From Phyllosticta citribraziliensis (lineage: Eukaryota): DNA of 64,000 nucleotides. Made by a program: the position numbers and the translations under genes. The stretch covers positions 806,001 through 870,000 of the forward strand of contig NW_027117350.1 in NCBI RefSeq assembly GCF_038025025.1, in the 5' to 3' direction. The notes beneath the pieces were generated by a model. The model was not told the DNA's origin and made no database searches. It saw nothing but the letters and a program-made list of their open reading frames with translations. Below, piece after piece: positions 26,955 through 38,402 of this stretch (positions are counted from its first letter, which is position 1; each line of letters begins with the position of its first letter).

Positions 26955-27928
26955 ATGGTTGCCGCCAAGAAGCACGTTCCGATCGTCAAGAAGCGTACGT
27001 TTGATGCCATTTTCCACGCCTTGTCGCCCTGCCCTGCGATCTCGAAGAGGAGCCCTGAACCGATGCCCTGGAGAGTCGAACACTGCGACCCCTCAATACA
27101 CCTTTGGAAGCCGTAGGACAAGCGTTTCGCTCGAGGCCTGGGACTGTGATCTTGAAAGATGGTCTTTTTGCGTGGTTCTGGAGGGATACTTGCCCGTGAT
27201 GGGTGCCTACGGTCTCATGACCACTTGCGCCCAGGCCTCTTTCTCAGCGATTGTCCTCGGCTTCTGTTCACTCTTCTTGCCCATTTACTCTGTTCCGAGT
27301 CGCTTTTCAAGTCTCTCGGGCGGATGGCACGACTTGCCTTCACACATGCTTCTCCACCTCCTCAACCTTCCGGACAACTCCCACGGTCGACCCAACGCTA
27401 ATCAACTTTACAACAGGCACTGCGCGCTTCAACAGGCACCAGTCTGACAGATTCCACTGTGTCGCCCCTTCGTGGCGCAAGCCCAAGGGTATCGACAATG
27501 CCATGCGCCGTCGCTTCAGCGGCCAGGCCGTCATGCCCAAGGTACGAAAACTTGGAAATCCCACGAGCCCGGACATCAAAAGCATCGAGAATACACACGA
27601 AAGCACGGAAGAAGGACGCAGAGACTAACGAATCTGCAATAGATCGGTTACGGCTCCAACAAGAAGACCCGCCACATGATCCCCTCGGGCCACAGGGTCT
27701 TCCTCGTCCACAACGTCGGTGACGTCGACATTCTGCTCATGCACCACCGCACCTACGCCGCCGAGTACGTTGAATCACAATGAGAAGTCCAGGAGAAAGG
27801 GTTGCTAACGCGGCACCAGGATCGCCCACGCCGTTTCCGCTCGCAAGCGCGTCGAGATTGTCCAGAGGGCCAAGCAGCTCGGTGTCAAGGTCACGAACGC
27901 CAAGGCCAAGATCACGACCCAGTCGTAA
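26955..27928 (+). CDS. RPL32: 60S ribosomal protein eL32, three introns, the first about 422 nt
   Basis: [62 protein letters not shown] at 27926-27928; intron 1 at 26995-27416. Confidence 0.96.
27107..27264 (+). ncRNA. Candidate structured intronic RNA element in RPL32 intron 1
   Basis: Nested reverse-complement segments GAAGCCG/CGGCTTC, AGGACAA/TTGTCCT, CGCT/AGCG and GAGGCCTGGG/CCCAGGCCTC. Confidence 0.65.
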
Positions 27929-29148
27929 TGGGGTTTCTTTTCAGCGGGGCGCGGATATGAGGTCTAGGTGTCTTTGCTCGGATTGAGGCATAAGCAAGCA
28001 GAGCAGTGTGTACGCACACCACATGACGAAAAAAAGCTTCACTTCACATGGCTGGCCAGGCGTATCGGGAACAGTGCTGTAGCTCCAATGCCGTACATCG
28101 GTTGCAGTCGAAAGATCAACAATGGAGATTGCGGCATGGGCCAAGGCTACAATTGGACCGGAACAGCAAACGTGACTGGGGCTCGAGGTGCGGCAGAAGT
28201 CAATCGGGATGTGTCCCCTCAGATCTGCAATGGAGTCGTTCAGGCTATGCTTTTTTGACATGTTGAAATCCATGCCGTGAGAATCGACGTGTCGCACGGG
28301 GTTGGAGAGCGAGCGGGTGTGGTGGTTGTATGTAGACTCGGGCGCATGAAGCAGCGACGGGCATGTGATGGGCCAGCCAGCAGCTTACTGCGAAGCATGC
28401 GGTTAGCCCGCTTAGCATAGCCTCTGCTCTCCTTTCGGACGGACCTTTAGCCAAGAAACAACACCTCGCCGCCTCAACACCCGCAACTGTGGTCACATCC
28501 CAGCCCTCAGCATGCCTGCACCCGTGGCGCACCATTGCCCCCGACGAGTCCACGGTGTGCCCTGGACCTCGTCGATTGGGTCTTGCCGGCCATGCAGGTC
28601 AACATGTTGTGTTGGGGGACAGATTGCTCACACCCCAGGCCAGGCGGCGAAACGGATCAATGTTGCAAAACCCCCTGCACGCACCGCACCCACCGCAGGG
28701 CACCGCATGGGCGGAAGTGTGATTTGGCTTCGAGTATTGACCGCTACACAGTCGGTACTCTGATCTGACGTCTGGTAGGGTAATCAGGGCAGGCCAGAAA
28801 GAGCGCACCCCTGGTAGAGCGCGCTCAGCAACCGCACTTCCGTTGGCCGAGATTTAAACAGCCAGGCTGGTCCCATTTCCTCAAAAGCTTGCAACGAAAC
28901 GGCGCGGCACCACGCCTCTGCTCCGCCCGCTCGCTGAACTTTTTTCTCGTGATCCATCTTCCCAGCTCATTTGCATATATCTACGCCCGCTCCCCAATTG
29001 TCCCGCCTCCTCCAAATTAACCCAGCAAGCCCAAAGCCACGCTCCCCTTGGCGCTTGCTCCCTCCCTCACGCGCGCTACCCTGCCTGCGCACAACCCACG
29101 TCAAACAAAACATATCCCCGACGATCGTCCTCGCCTCGCACCTCTCTC

Positions 29149-30180
29149 ATGGCGCCGAATCTTTTTGTTGCAACGCAGACGCTCTTCACGCCTCGCAGAT
29201 GGTTTAGCCACCGTAGCCGCAGACCAGAAAAATCCATTCGAGAATCAGAGCACTGGACGTCCCCCGTCCCCGGAATTTACGAGCACATTCCCGGTCGAGG
29301 GTGGTACCTCGTGCGACCCGACGAGCCAGACGGCTCGCGTGGCACCCGTCTGGAAAAACCGCGCCCGGTCAAATACTCGCGCGTCCTCCGCCGCTACCTC
29401 TTCGAAGCAGAGTACGAGCGCCGCAAACTGTCTGGCGAAATCAAGGACAAGCATGGCAAATGGCGCGAAGTGGGCTTCTTCCAGCTGGACGACGGCGTGG
29501 GCTGGGTGAATTGCTGGAACCACCACGGCGAATTCGTGGCCGGTCCCTACGAACGGTGGTGCATCGACGAGCGCACCGAGAAATTCAGACCCATGCTCAA
29601 GGGCGACGACCCAGCATGGCGCAACAGGAAGAGCACCAGAGACCGCGACGTGGAGAAGCATTTGCTCCTGCAGCAAGAACAACAGCAAGCACGGCGCAAA
29701 TCCTCGCACGAGAGCTACGGCAGCAGCAGCCAGAAGTCGGCCGAGAGCGCCGCCAGCTCCAGCAATTCAGAAGACAAGTCGCGCATCTTCGAGTCGCCCC
29801 TTGACGGCCTCTCGCGGCCCGCCAGCACCCTCGACATGGTCATGTCCCCCATGACGTCGCGGCCCCCTAGCTCGAGTCGCCGCGATGTTGCCCGATCAGA
29901 GGGCGCCACGCGCGTCAACAGCCGCGCTCCCAGCATCTCCAACGGCGCCTGCACGTCGTGCGGAGCTCGGAAAGATTCACAGCAGGACGCCATTCCTGCT
30001 GTAGGAGGAGCAGCAGCAGCAACAGCACCTCCACCACCGCCAGCAGCAGGCGGCGGCAACGAATCCGGAGGCGCGTCGACGCCGCGCCAGCAGGCTGCCC
30101 ACGGCAATCAGCGGGGCCTCGCTGCGGCCGTGACCAAGCGCTTGGAAGAGGACGAGGGCCAAGGGCAGCCCGTCAACTAA
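29149..30180 (+). CDS. Hypothetical fungal protein with aromatic-rich N-terminal domain and disordered C-terminus
   Basis: 343-aa ORF with strong C/G third-position bias; WTSPVPGIYEHIPGRGWYLV..FFQLDDGVGWVNCW..GPYERWCID. Confidence 0.75.
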   Translation: MAPNLFVATQTLFTPRRWFSHRSRRPEKSIRESEHWTSPVPGIYEHIPGRGWYLVRPDEPDGSRGTRLEKPRPVKYSRVLRRYLFEAEYERRKLSGEIKDKHGKWREVGFFQLDDGVGWVNCWNHHGEFVAGPYERWCIDERTEKFRPMLKGDDPAWRNRKSTRDRDVEKHLLLQQEQQQARRKSSHESYGSSSQKSAESAASSSNSEDKSRIFESPLDGLSRPASTLDMVMSPMTSRPPSSSRRDVARSEGATRVNSRAPSISNGACTSCGARKDSQQDAIPAVGGAAAATAPPPPPAAGGGNESGGASTPRQQAAHGNQRGLAAAVTKRLEEDEGQGQPVN

Positions 30181-32495
30181 GACGAAAAGGCTTGGTGGCT
30201 GGGCCTTTTGGCAACGACGACGACGACGCGCGACGCGCGTGGCTGTGCCTCTTTTCCTTACTACCATTTCCTTTCTTGTTTTGCTTGCTCGCTCGCTCGC
30301 TTGGACTGGATCTCCGCAGCATCGGCATATTTGCTCCCTCGACTGTTCTTAGATCACACCCCATTGGGTCGCTCAGCAGGACTTGAGAGAAAGAAAGAAA
30401 GAAAGAAGGAGGAACTGGTCGGTTCACGCATCACGAGACTCATGTACGCTGGCAGGTTGGGGGATTGGGAATCGGTTGCTTGGTTGATTGTTCTGGGTCG
30501 TCTGGCAGCCACTTTGGTTGGTCTCATTTCTCGGTTTCTTACTTTTTTGGGGGGGTGGTGCCAATTGTCAATTATTTCCCGGGGGCCACGGGGGCCGGTT
30601 TTCTTTTTTTGTTTTCGCTTTGCTTTCCCTCGTTTTGCAGCGTTTAGGAAATTCGCTCGGTGCACCGGTGGGCAGGTGTTCGGTGCACACATACACACAC
30701 TACAGATTGGGGGACACGGAGGGTGTCTGATTATGATTTTGCTTTTCCGTTCTACAAGAAAAGTTTGGCAACGTGGGCGGATGATTGGTTGTCTGTTTGT
30801 CCGTCTGTCTTCCAACTGTCTGTCAAGGCTGGCTATCGTCTGTAATTCGCTTCTTCCCATGTACCATACATAGACACTGTTCAAACACGCGTTGTTGGTT
30901 TTTTTTTTTTTTTTTTTTTTCTGCCTCTCAATCTCAAACCCTCTCTCGCGCTCCATAGCCAAATCTCAGATCAAATCCACCACATCTTCCCATCCTCACA
31001 ACTCACAAAGAAGCGAGTCAGGTCTGATCAGATCAATTCGATTGCGGCTTTTCCAAGCCACTTGGTTCTTTCAGGCACAGCCCTATCGCCGAGCCTGACA
31101 ATGACCTCACCGGTCCAGGCGAACTGTGATGTGTGGAGGGGCACTGCGCCCCCGGCATTGGCGCCAATGCAGCTCTTCAAAGCTTAATTGCACATCCGGC
31201 GACTCCCTGCCTGCCTGCTTCTCTGCCTCTCTAAACAGCTGGCCACAACTGCCGGTGCTGGTGCCTTGGTTGGTTGCGTGTGCCTCCTGGCGGGGTTGCT
31301 GCTCTCCGCTCGCTCGCTCTCGTGGTTTGCCATCTGTTGTGAGGACTGGGGTGTTTCCAATCGCTCCTGTAGCTGCTGCTTCGCCCTACTTACTCCCGAT
31401 TTCGTCTATGTAGCCTAGCCTTCGCAGCACTCACTTGCCTGCCTTCCATGCTTGCTCAGCGCCTCCAAACAAACAAGCCAGCCAGCCTCAAGCAAACACC
31501 CCAACCCAAACCATACCAAGACGAAACGAGAAAGCGAAAAAGAGCCGGGCTGCTACAGACGACCCTGAAACACGTCCGCTACCCACATGTAGAGTACTCG
31601 TACCTATGTACGTACCCACGCCATCCATCCCACACAACCCCGGCATCGCCTTCACGCAACAAATCGAACCAACGAGAGAAAAAGTCGCGCGGCCCGCGCA
31701 TCCTCACTGGCTACTGGGTACCTGACATACTCAAACCAAGCTCAGCCTCATCTCGCCGCATCCCGTCGCACTCCTTGTCTCTCTGACCCTTCCCTTCCCT
31801 CCACTTCCATTCCATGCCATTCGCTACCCGCCTTCAAACGGCGCGTGCGACAAGGCGCCGGGACAACGGTAGGTGGTGTTTGGTTTAGTTTGGGTTTGTT
31901 TAGCCTGGTGTGTTCTGGCCGGGGCCGAGACGCTGCCGCCGCCCGTTCGCTGAGATCTGCGGGATTAATTGAATGCCTTGCTGCTACATACACTTACTCG
32001 AGAGTAAATATGTAAGTGCCTTATTGCTTGCAGGCGGGCGCCTGAGCAAGGGTGGGAGCAATTAATATATGCAGGGCAAACTGTGAGTGAGGAGAGAGGG
32101 CGGTAGTTTGGTAGGGAAGGCGCGTGTTTCCGTGGGCGGGGGAGGGGAAAGGAGTGCCGTGATTGGGTGTGTCCCCGCCCGTTTACTGGTTTCAAATGCC
32201 GCTGGCCTGGAATGTTGAAGTCGCGGAGCCTTCGTCAGGGTAGGGCTGAGAATTTGGTTTGGTAATGCGGATGCTTTGTTTGTTTGGGGTTCGTCCCGGG
32301 AACTGCAGCCGGGGCGGTGCGGCGTGAGGCGGAGGTTCCGGTGAGGCGGAGAGGAAGCTGGGCGTTGGCGGGCGTTGGCGATGGAGGATGGATGTTGACG
32401 GTCAGGGGAGCTTGGTAAGATGGATCGACGGGGCGGGCTGCTTGGTAGGTCGGCCGGAATCTGGAGGTGTAGGTAGACCCGGAGCCAGGCATTGC

Positions 32496-33580
32496 TCAGG
32501 GAGACTTCATCAGGTCGTTCACAGCCTTTGCGGCGAAGCGCTTGCGCTGCTCTTCCGGCATACCGGCTGCCGTGTCTAGCCGCGACCCGGAGCGTGGTCA
32601 GTTCCGTAGTCTTGGAGGACGGAGAGATGGTGGAGAGGAAGAGGAAGATAGTGCAAAAGACCTACCCTTGATTCCCTGCAGCTTGCTCATCATGCGCTCC
32701 AACTCCTCCACCTCAGCCGCCTGGTCCGCATCATCGTCGTCGTCTCCATCGTCATCTGCACCGCCGCCAATGGCAGCCTTCATGCCCGCAAGCTCGAAGC
32801 CCATCTCGGCCTCCTCCGCCGCAAAGCTCGAGTGCCAGTCGCCCTCGTCGCCATCCTCATCGCCCAGCCCCAAATCCAACCCAGCGCCAACGTCATCGCC
32901 GTCCCAGTCGTTCGCCTCCAACGCCTCCCGCACTCTTTCCACTCCGACCTTCTCCCCAAACGCATTGCGCGTGCCCGGCCGATCCTGTGACCCGACGTCG
33001 ACAAACTCGAACCCTTCCGCCGAGCACCATTCATCCCACTCGTCGGCCTCGCCCACGCGCCCCGTCTCCCCTCGACCCAGTCGCACTGCTAGGCTAACAC
33101 CGTCCCACATGCCCAGCCCGTCTTGTCCGTCGACCGCTTCGCGAATCGCTCGCAGTGTGTCGCGCACCGCTTGCACGTCGTCTTGCGTCAGCGGGGCGCG
33201 GAACACGTAGATCCAGGCACCGAGCGCCGAGAGGACTTCGCCGGCCGCTGGGGAGAGGTAGTCGGTGCGCCACTCAGGTAGGGAGCGGATCTCGTCAATC
33301 CAGATGGGCACCGTGGCGTCGTAGTACGAGGTGGAAATGGAGAGGGCGTGCGAAAGGCCGGCGACGGACGAGTCGCTGTGAGGGGCAGGGGGCTCAGTGC
33401 CGGTCAAATCTGGGGTGTCTGTTAGCTTGCGCTTTCGGACCTGAATCATGAAGCTGCTGGCTGCGCAACACCGGTGATGCTGTCATTGGCAATCCGAGGC
33501 ATCGTACCTTTGAGGAAGGAAAGTACATCTGAATCAGGCGCGCTGACGCAAATGATGCGCCGCGGGTTAGCAATCTGCAT
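32496..33580 (-). CDS. IRC6: Alpha/gamma-adaptin-binding protein p34 (Irc6/AAGAB family)
   Basis: ISTSYYDATVPIWIDEI, GFEFVD..RNAFGEKVGVERVREALEANDW; last exon DTAAGMPEEQRKRFAAKAVNDLMKSP*; two introns. Confidence 0.85.
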
Positions 33581-34022
33581 CGTCGGTGGTTTGCTCTGCA
33601 TTGTGCGTTGTTGAATCGTGAACAGCAATGGTGTCGTGGGGAACGGAGACAAGCAACGGAGACAAGCCGCCTCCTAGCATTAGCGTTCCGCCGCTTGGCA
33701 GCGGAGCGGAATTGCGACCGGAAATTCATAGGGCTGACACGTGATCCAATAGCCGCAAAGAAGGAATTCATTTTGGCATTGTAATTGACCTGTTCCAACC
33801 TCATAGACGCGGTCATATCCTTCAGCCAACGTCGTCTCTTCGGCTCCTTTTCCTGTCTCGTGGTTCTGCGCTCGGATGCCTCCTTTTCGCCGCGGCCTCC
33901 TCATGGCGACTCGAAGTGCTTTCGATCGACTGTTGAATCGAATTGCCGATTTGATCCCAAATGATTGGACATGAACTTTTGTCCGCCGGTCTCTTGGATG
34001 CCCCACACTACTCTAGCCCATA

Positions 34023-34599
34023 TTAACGGGGACCCCTCGCGCCACGAGCCCTGTTGACTGTTGCCCTACCACGGGCCAAACCAACACCACGGCCGCGGGT
34101 GCCTCTTGAGCGGAACATGGGAGCGTTTCTGAAAACAGTGTCAGCCGTGGGCTCCGAATCAACCTCTACTTCCAATGTTGCTGGCGCCATACCTCAGCAT
34201 GTCGGGTACAACGAAGAAGCGGACGTGCGAGCCGCGAATGTAAACCTGGTCGAGATGGGAGACGCGGCCGTCGCGAGCGGTGACGGTGATATCCTTGAGC
34301 TGGACATTCATGTTGTCCTCGGCTGCAGAGAGCGCATATATCAGCAACGTCGAAGTTGTAAGCTTGGGCGAGAAGCAGGCGCACCTTCGAGCAGCTTGCC
34401 GCGGTAAACCTGACCAGAGGTGATTTCGAGCGTGACAACGTGGCCCTATGCACACACAATGGCATCGTCAGCGAGGCGGGTCCTTGAGCAGCGACTGTGA
34501 GCGCGCATACAAGAGAGAGGGAAGGCGGAGCGGGCGCGGGAGTTTTCGTACCATGGCCTCGTTGAGGAGCTTGATCGGGATGCCGATTGTGCTGGTCAT
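34023..34599 (-). CDS. SMD3: Small nuclear ribonucleoprotein Sm D3
   Basis: [68 protein letters not shown] followed by an RG-rich tail. Confidence 0.96.
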
Positions 34600-34862
34600 C
34601 TTGCGAATGCGCTATTGGTCGGTGGGATGGGTGGAGGAGGGATATGCAGGCTTGACCGGCGCGGTCGACAGAACAAGATAGAGGTGGAGCGTGGTCGCGT
34701 CGGCGGGCGTGTTGGACGTGGGATGGGCGGACGTCAAGTCAACTTCGTGCGCGGCGACCAGCAACCAACCAAGCTCCGCCGCGCTAGCGTCGATCATGTC
34801 TTCTGGGCACCACCGCGCGCCTTCACGTCACTTCCGCCCACCAAGACATCAACCTCGCCCTG

Positions 34863-35787
34863 ATGAGGGAATTCAACCTCTCGGGGACTCTCAATGTTCT
34901 CAGGCTGCTGAGAGACCCGGCGCTTTGCTTGCCCCATTACACATGCGCCACCTTCAACAATTTACCCATTCCGCTATCCAAGGCCTTCCCCGCCCAGAAT
35001 GGAGAAAAGGATGCTGATATCAGAGCCGTGATTCTCGACAAGGACAATTGCTTTGCGACTCCGCATACGAATCACGTCTACCCCAAATACAAAGTACAAG
35101 CATTCCCTTCCGTCCTTCACCCCATTTTATGTCTGGCCTTCAAACTTTCCTTCTTTCGTTTGCTCAACTAAAAACCCTATCATTTATTTACTGTCCATGT
35201 TCTGATACCCTCCGCCAACTCCAGGACCACTTCGCCGCCCTGCGTGCCGCCTACCCCGGCTCCAAGCTGCTCATCGTCTCCAACACAGCCGGCACGCGCA
35301 GCTTCGACGCCGACGGAGCGCACGCAGCACAGCTCGAGCGCGACACGGGCGTCCAAGTCCTCGTGCACAACACCAAGGCAAGCGCAAGAAACCCAGCAAA
35401 ACGCCGAGACTAACCTCCAAACAGAAGCCCGGCTGCGCGCCCGAAGTCCTCGCGCACCTGCTGTCAACGCCCGAATCAGGCGTCACGGCGCCTTCGCAGG
35501 TGGCCGTCGTCGGCGACAGGCTGTTCACCGACGTCATGACGGCCAACTTGATGGGTGCGAGGGCAGTCTGGATCCGTGATGGCGTTGTCGGGAGGGAGCG
35601 GGCTTCTCTGGTACGCGTCCCGTTGACTTTTCATGTTTGCTGGTTTGTTGTGGAAAGGCAGAGAAGAAACACTCGCTAATCAGTTGTTTGTTGATGCAGT
35701 TTGCGAAAGTTGAGCAGGGGTTGGCAGCTTTCTTGCTTCGCAGGGGCTGGCTGGCGCCGACGCCGGTGGAGGAAGTGAGGAAGTAGT
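34863..35787 (+). CDS. GEP4: Mitochondrial phosphatidylglycerophosphatase (HAD IIIA, Gep4)
   Basis: RAVILDKDNCF, LLIVSNTAGT, HNTK|KPGC, VAVVGDRLFTDV; three introns, one GC-AG (35378-35424). Confidence 0.9.
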
Positions 35788-36038
35788 GGGGTGCCTTGGG
35801 GGCTCGCCCGGATTCATGTCGACGGGAGCTCAAATCTATGCGTTCGCACCAGAGTCACGAAGAGTACATCGGTGGCCAGTCTGGATGTAAGATTAACAGA
35901 AGTTGTACTCATGGTCTACTCTATCATGAACGTTCTAAAAGGGAATGCGGAAAAGACGCCTCCATGCCAAATATTATGCCGGATAAACCCAATCTCATAA
36001 GAAAACCACTTCAGTACCGCCTCTTCGTTCTTCTTGCC

Positions 36039-38006
36039 TCAATTCTCTACCCCTTTGCCCAACACTCTTTTCCCTACCTCTACCACCACACCCCGCCCCT
36101 CCTCATCCTGCTTCTCCGCAAACATGGCCTCCTTGCCAACCACCGTTCCACTCGCATCCATGGCGCGACACAGATCCAACAACTCGCCGTCCACAGGCGA
36201 GCAGTAAACTAACAGGCCCAAGGCCGTCACCATGCCTAAGACAGCCTCCTTGCTGTCCTCCTCTGCAGCAATGGCCTCGAGCAGCGCGGCGACAATTTCC
36301 GTCTGATCAGACTCGGGCAAGGCGTCGGCGCTGTCCGTATCGAGCCGCGAGCGGTGCACAGCCGAGGCGATGTTGAAGGCGAGACTGGCAGCGGCGATGC
36401 GGACAGAGGTGTTGGAGTCGTCAAGGAGCGACGAGGACAAGAGGTGAGTGAGGAGGCTGGTGAAGGTGGTGTTGGACAAAAGGTGAGTGCGGGTCAAGGG
36501 AGTCGTGAATAGGTTACAGGCTAGCTGCAGCGTGACGAGGCGCAGGCTGTATGGGCAATCCTTGAGGTCGTTGACGTGTGAGATGAGCTTGATGAGCGTC
36601 TCTGCGTTGTTCTCTTCAGCGAAGAACCCAGACAGCCGGGGGTCGGTAAGCGCGATGCGGAGGAGGTCGTAGGCCGCGAAGAGCGATTCGGGAGGAATCG
36701 CCGCTGTGGCCTCGCGGAGAAATGAGCAGAAATCGGGCAGAGCCGGTAGAGGTGCGTCTCGTGAGCCGGAGCTCTCTCGCGTTTTGATAAAGGCGGTGAT
36801 CATGACGACTATGGGATGTTTGCCATGCTCGCCCATCTTGGGAACTAGTTTCTCTAGCGGGGGAACTTTGTCGTAAATAACAGGTCGCATGCTGGAGCCC
36901 AGGAGCTTTGGCAGATCCAGGCGTGTGTGCGGGTGGGCAATATTGGCTTGCTGTAGTAACAGTCGCACGTTTCCTCGCAGTCGCGTTTCGTCAGCTCCAG
37001 ACCATTGATCGTCCTTCATGCCCTTGAGGAAAGTGATGATGGTCGGCGTTAAGCGAACATTGTGTTTTGCATGAATGTCAGGGGCCTGATTCTTGTCGAC
37101 TCGGATGAAGATGCCCTTTGATCCGGCTTCTTCTGCCATCTCAGAAAAGGCGGGAGAGATCGACTTGCAAGGTCCGCACGTGGAAGAAGTGAAAAAGATG
37201 ACTGCGCATGAATCCTTGGCTTTTTCCAACAGCTTCTCGAACTCTTTGAGCGAGGTTACATCGTGGATGACAGCTTCGACTGCAGCGCCGTTGGACGCCT
37301 TTTCAGCTGGAGCTTGAGACTGGGACTGTGGTCCGGGGATATTCTGCGGCGGCACAGGTGCCTGGGTAACTGAACGCATAGCTGCGTCGATTTGCGGTTT
37401 GAGCATCTGGCCGAAGGGAGTCTGCAATACTTGCTCCGGGAGAGAGGTAATTTTGTCCGGAATTCCCTTGCCGACGAGAAACATGGCGAAATCGTTGGAG
37501 CTAAGTGGTCAGGGATACTGGGCAGTTTGAAAGATGGCCAAAAACTTACAAGTTGTTGCAGTTGTGAGCAAAGAGGTCATAGGTTTCGGGAGTGTAGATC
37601 TTCTTTAACGACTCGAGATACTCCGAAATGTCGCCCATCTCAAGCTGGGTCTTGCCCAGCGGAATGATCTCTTCTGGGGCGCCATGGTGGGTTGTTCCAG
37701 GATAACAAGTTTGGACTCCTGCGGGGAATTAGCAGGCTGCCGTTTGGAACGGTGCGGGCCACTTTACCTGCGCCGTAAAAGTACTCGATGCCGCCAAAGA
37801 CGATGGAGGTGTGATAGACGGCTTCGATGTGAATCCCGAGAAACTGGCGCGAAAGCTGCACATCACGGTCAGCGTAGTTGGCAAGGGGCCAGCGGGCAAC
37901 GTACTTGTCGAGCGAGACCCTACAGCACGCATTAGCATTCGGGCTGTCAAATTTGATGGGGGTTGTTTACCTTGGACAGGTCGTAGACGTAGAGTTCAAC
38001 GTCCAT
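36039..38006 (-). CDS. PPPDE/DeSI peptidase - thioredoxin - PUL domain protein
   Basis: MDVELYVYDLSK, IEAVYHTSIVFGGIEYFYG, YDLFAHNCNN (PPPDE His/Cys dyad), FFTSSTCGPCK (thioredoxin), helical C-terminal PUL-like region. Confidence 0.88.
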
Positions 38007-38402
38007 GATCCATACGCGAGCAACGAAAGACGGCTGGACGGCGCGTCGCGGCGCTCAGCGAGTTGTTAAGGATGGCATGGATGACGTCGAGAAGGTTCCA
38101 CTTGTTTTGCGACCATCTGACCAGATCTGGACCTTTTTGGGGCTCTGCGGCTAAGGTACGAAGGCCGGCCCTGGTCGCTCCCCTGGCCCTGGGCCTAAAC
38201 AAGCAGAGTTTAAGGGGGGCATCGACGTTGAGCGCTGAAGTCTGGGACTGCTCTGTTCTGCAAGGCACGGGGAGAAGACCTTGACCTCCCTCGACCCCAC
38301 GACTTGACTTGACTCGACTTGCTGTCCTGACGCGACGCCGCCCATTACGATCGCTCAACCGCTGCATAGCGCGCCACCAACCGGTCCGGGCAGCAACACC
38401 AC

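Noticed and set aside
30181..32495. Telomerase RNA or another long ncRNA in the 2.3-kb convergent gap, with short palindromes at 31155-31170 and about 31986-32014
   Set aside because: No TAACCCTAA-type template seen; similar low-complexity gaps recur in this window and short palindromes are expected by chance.
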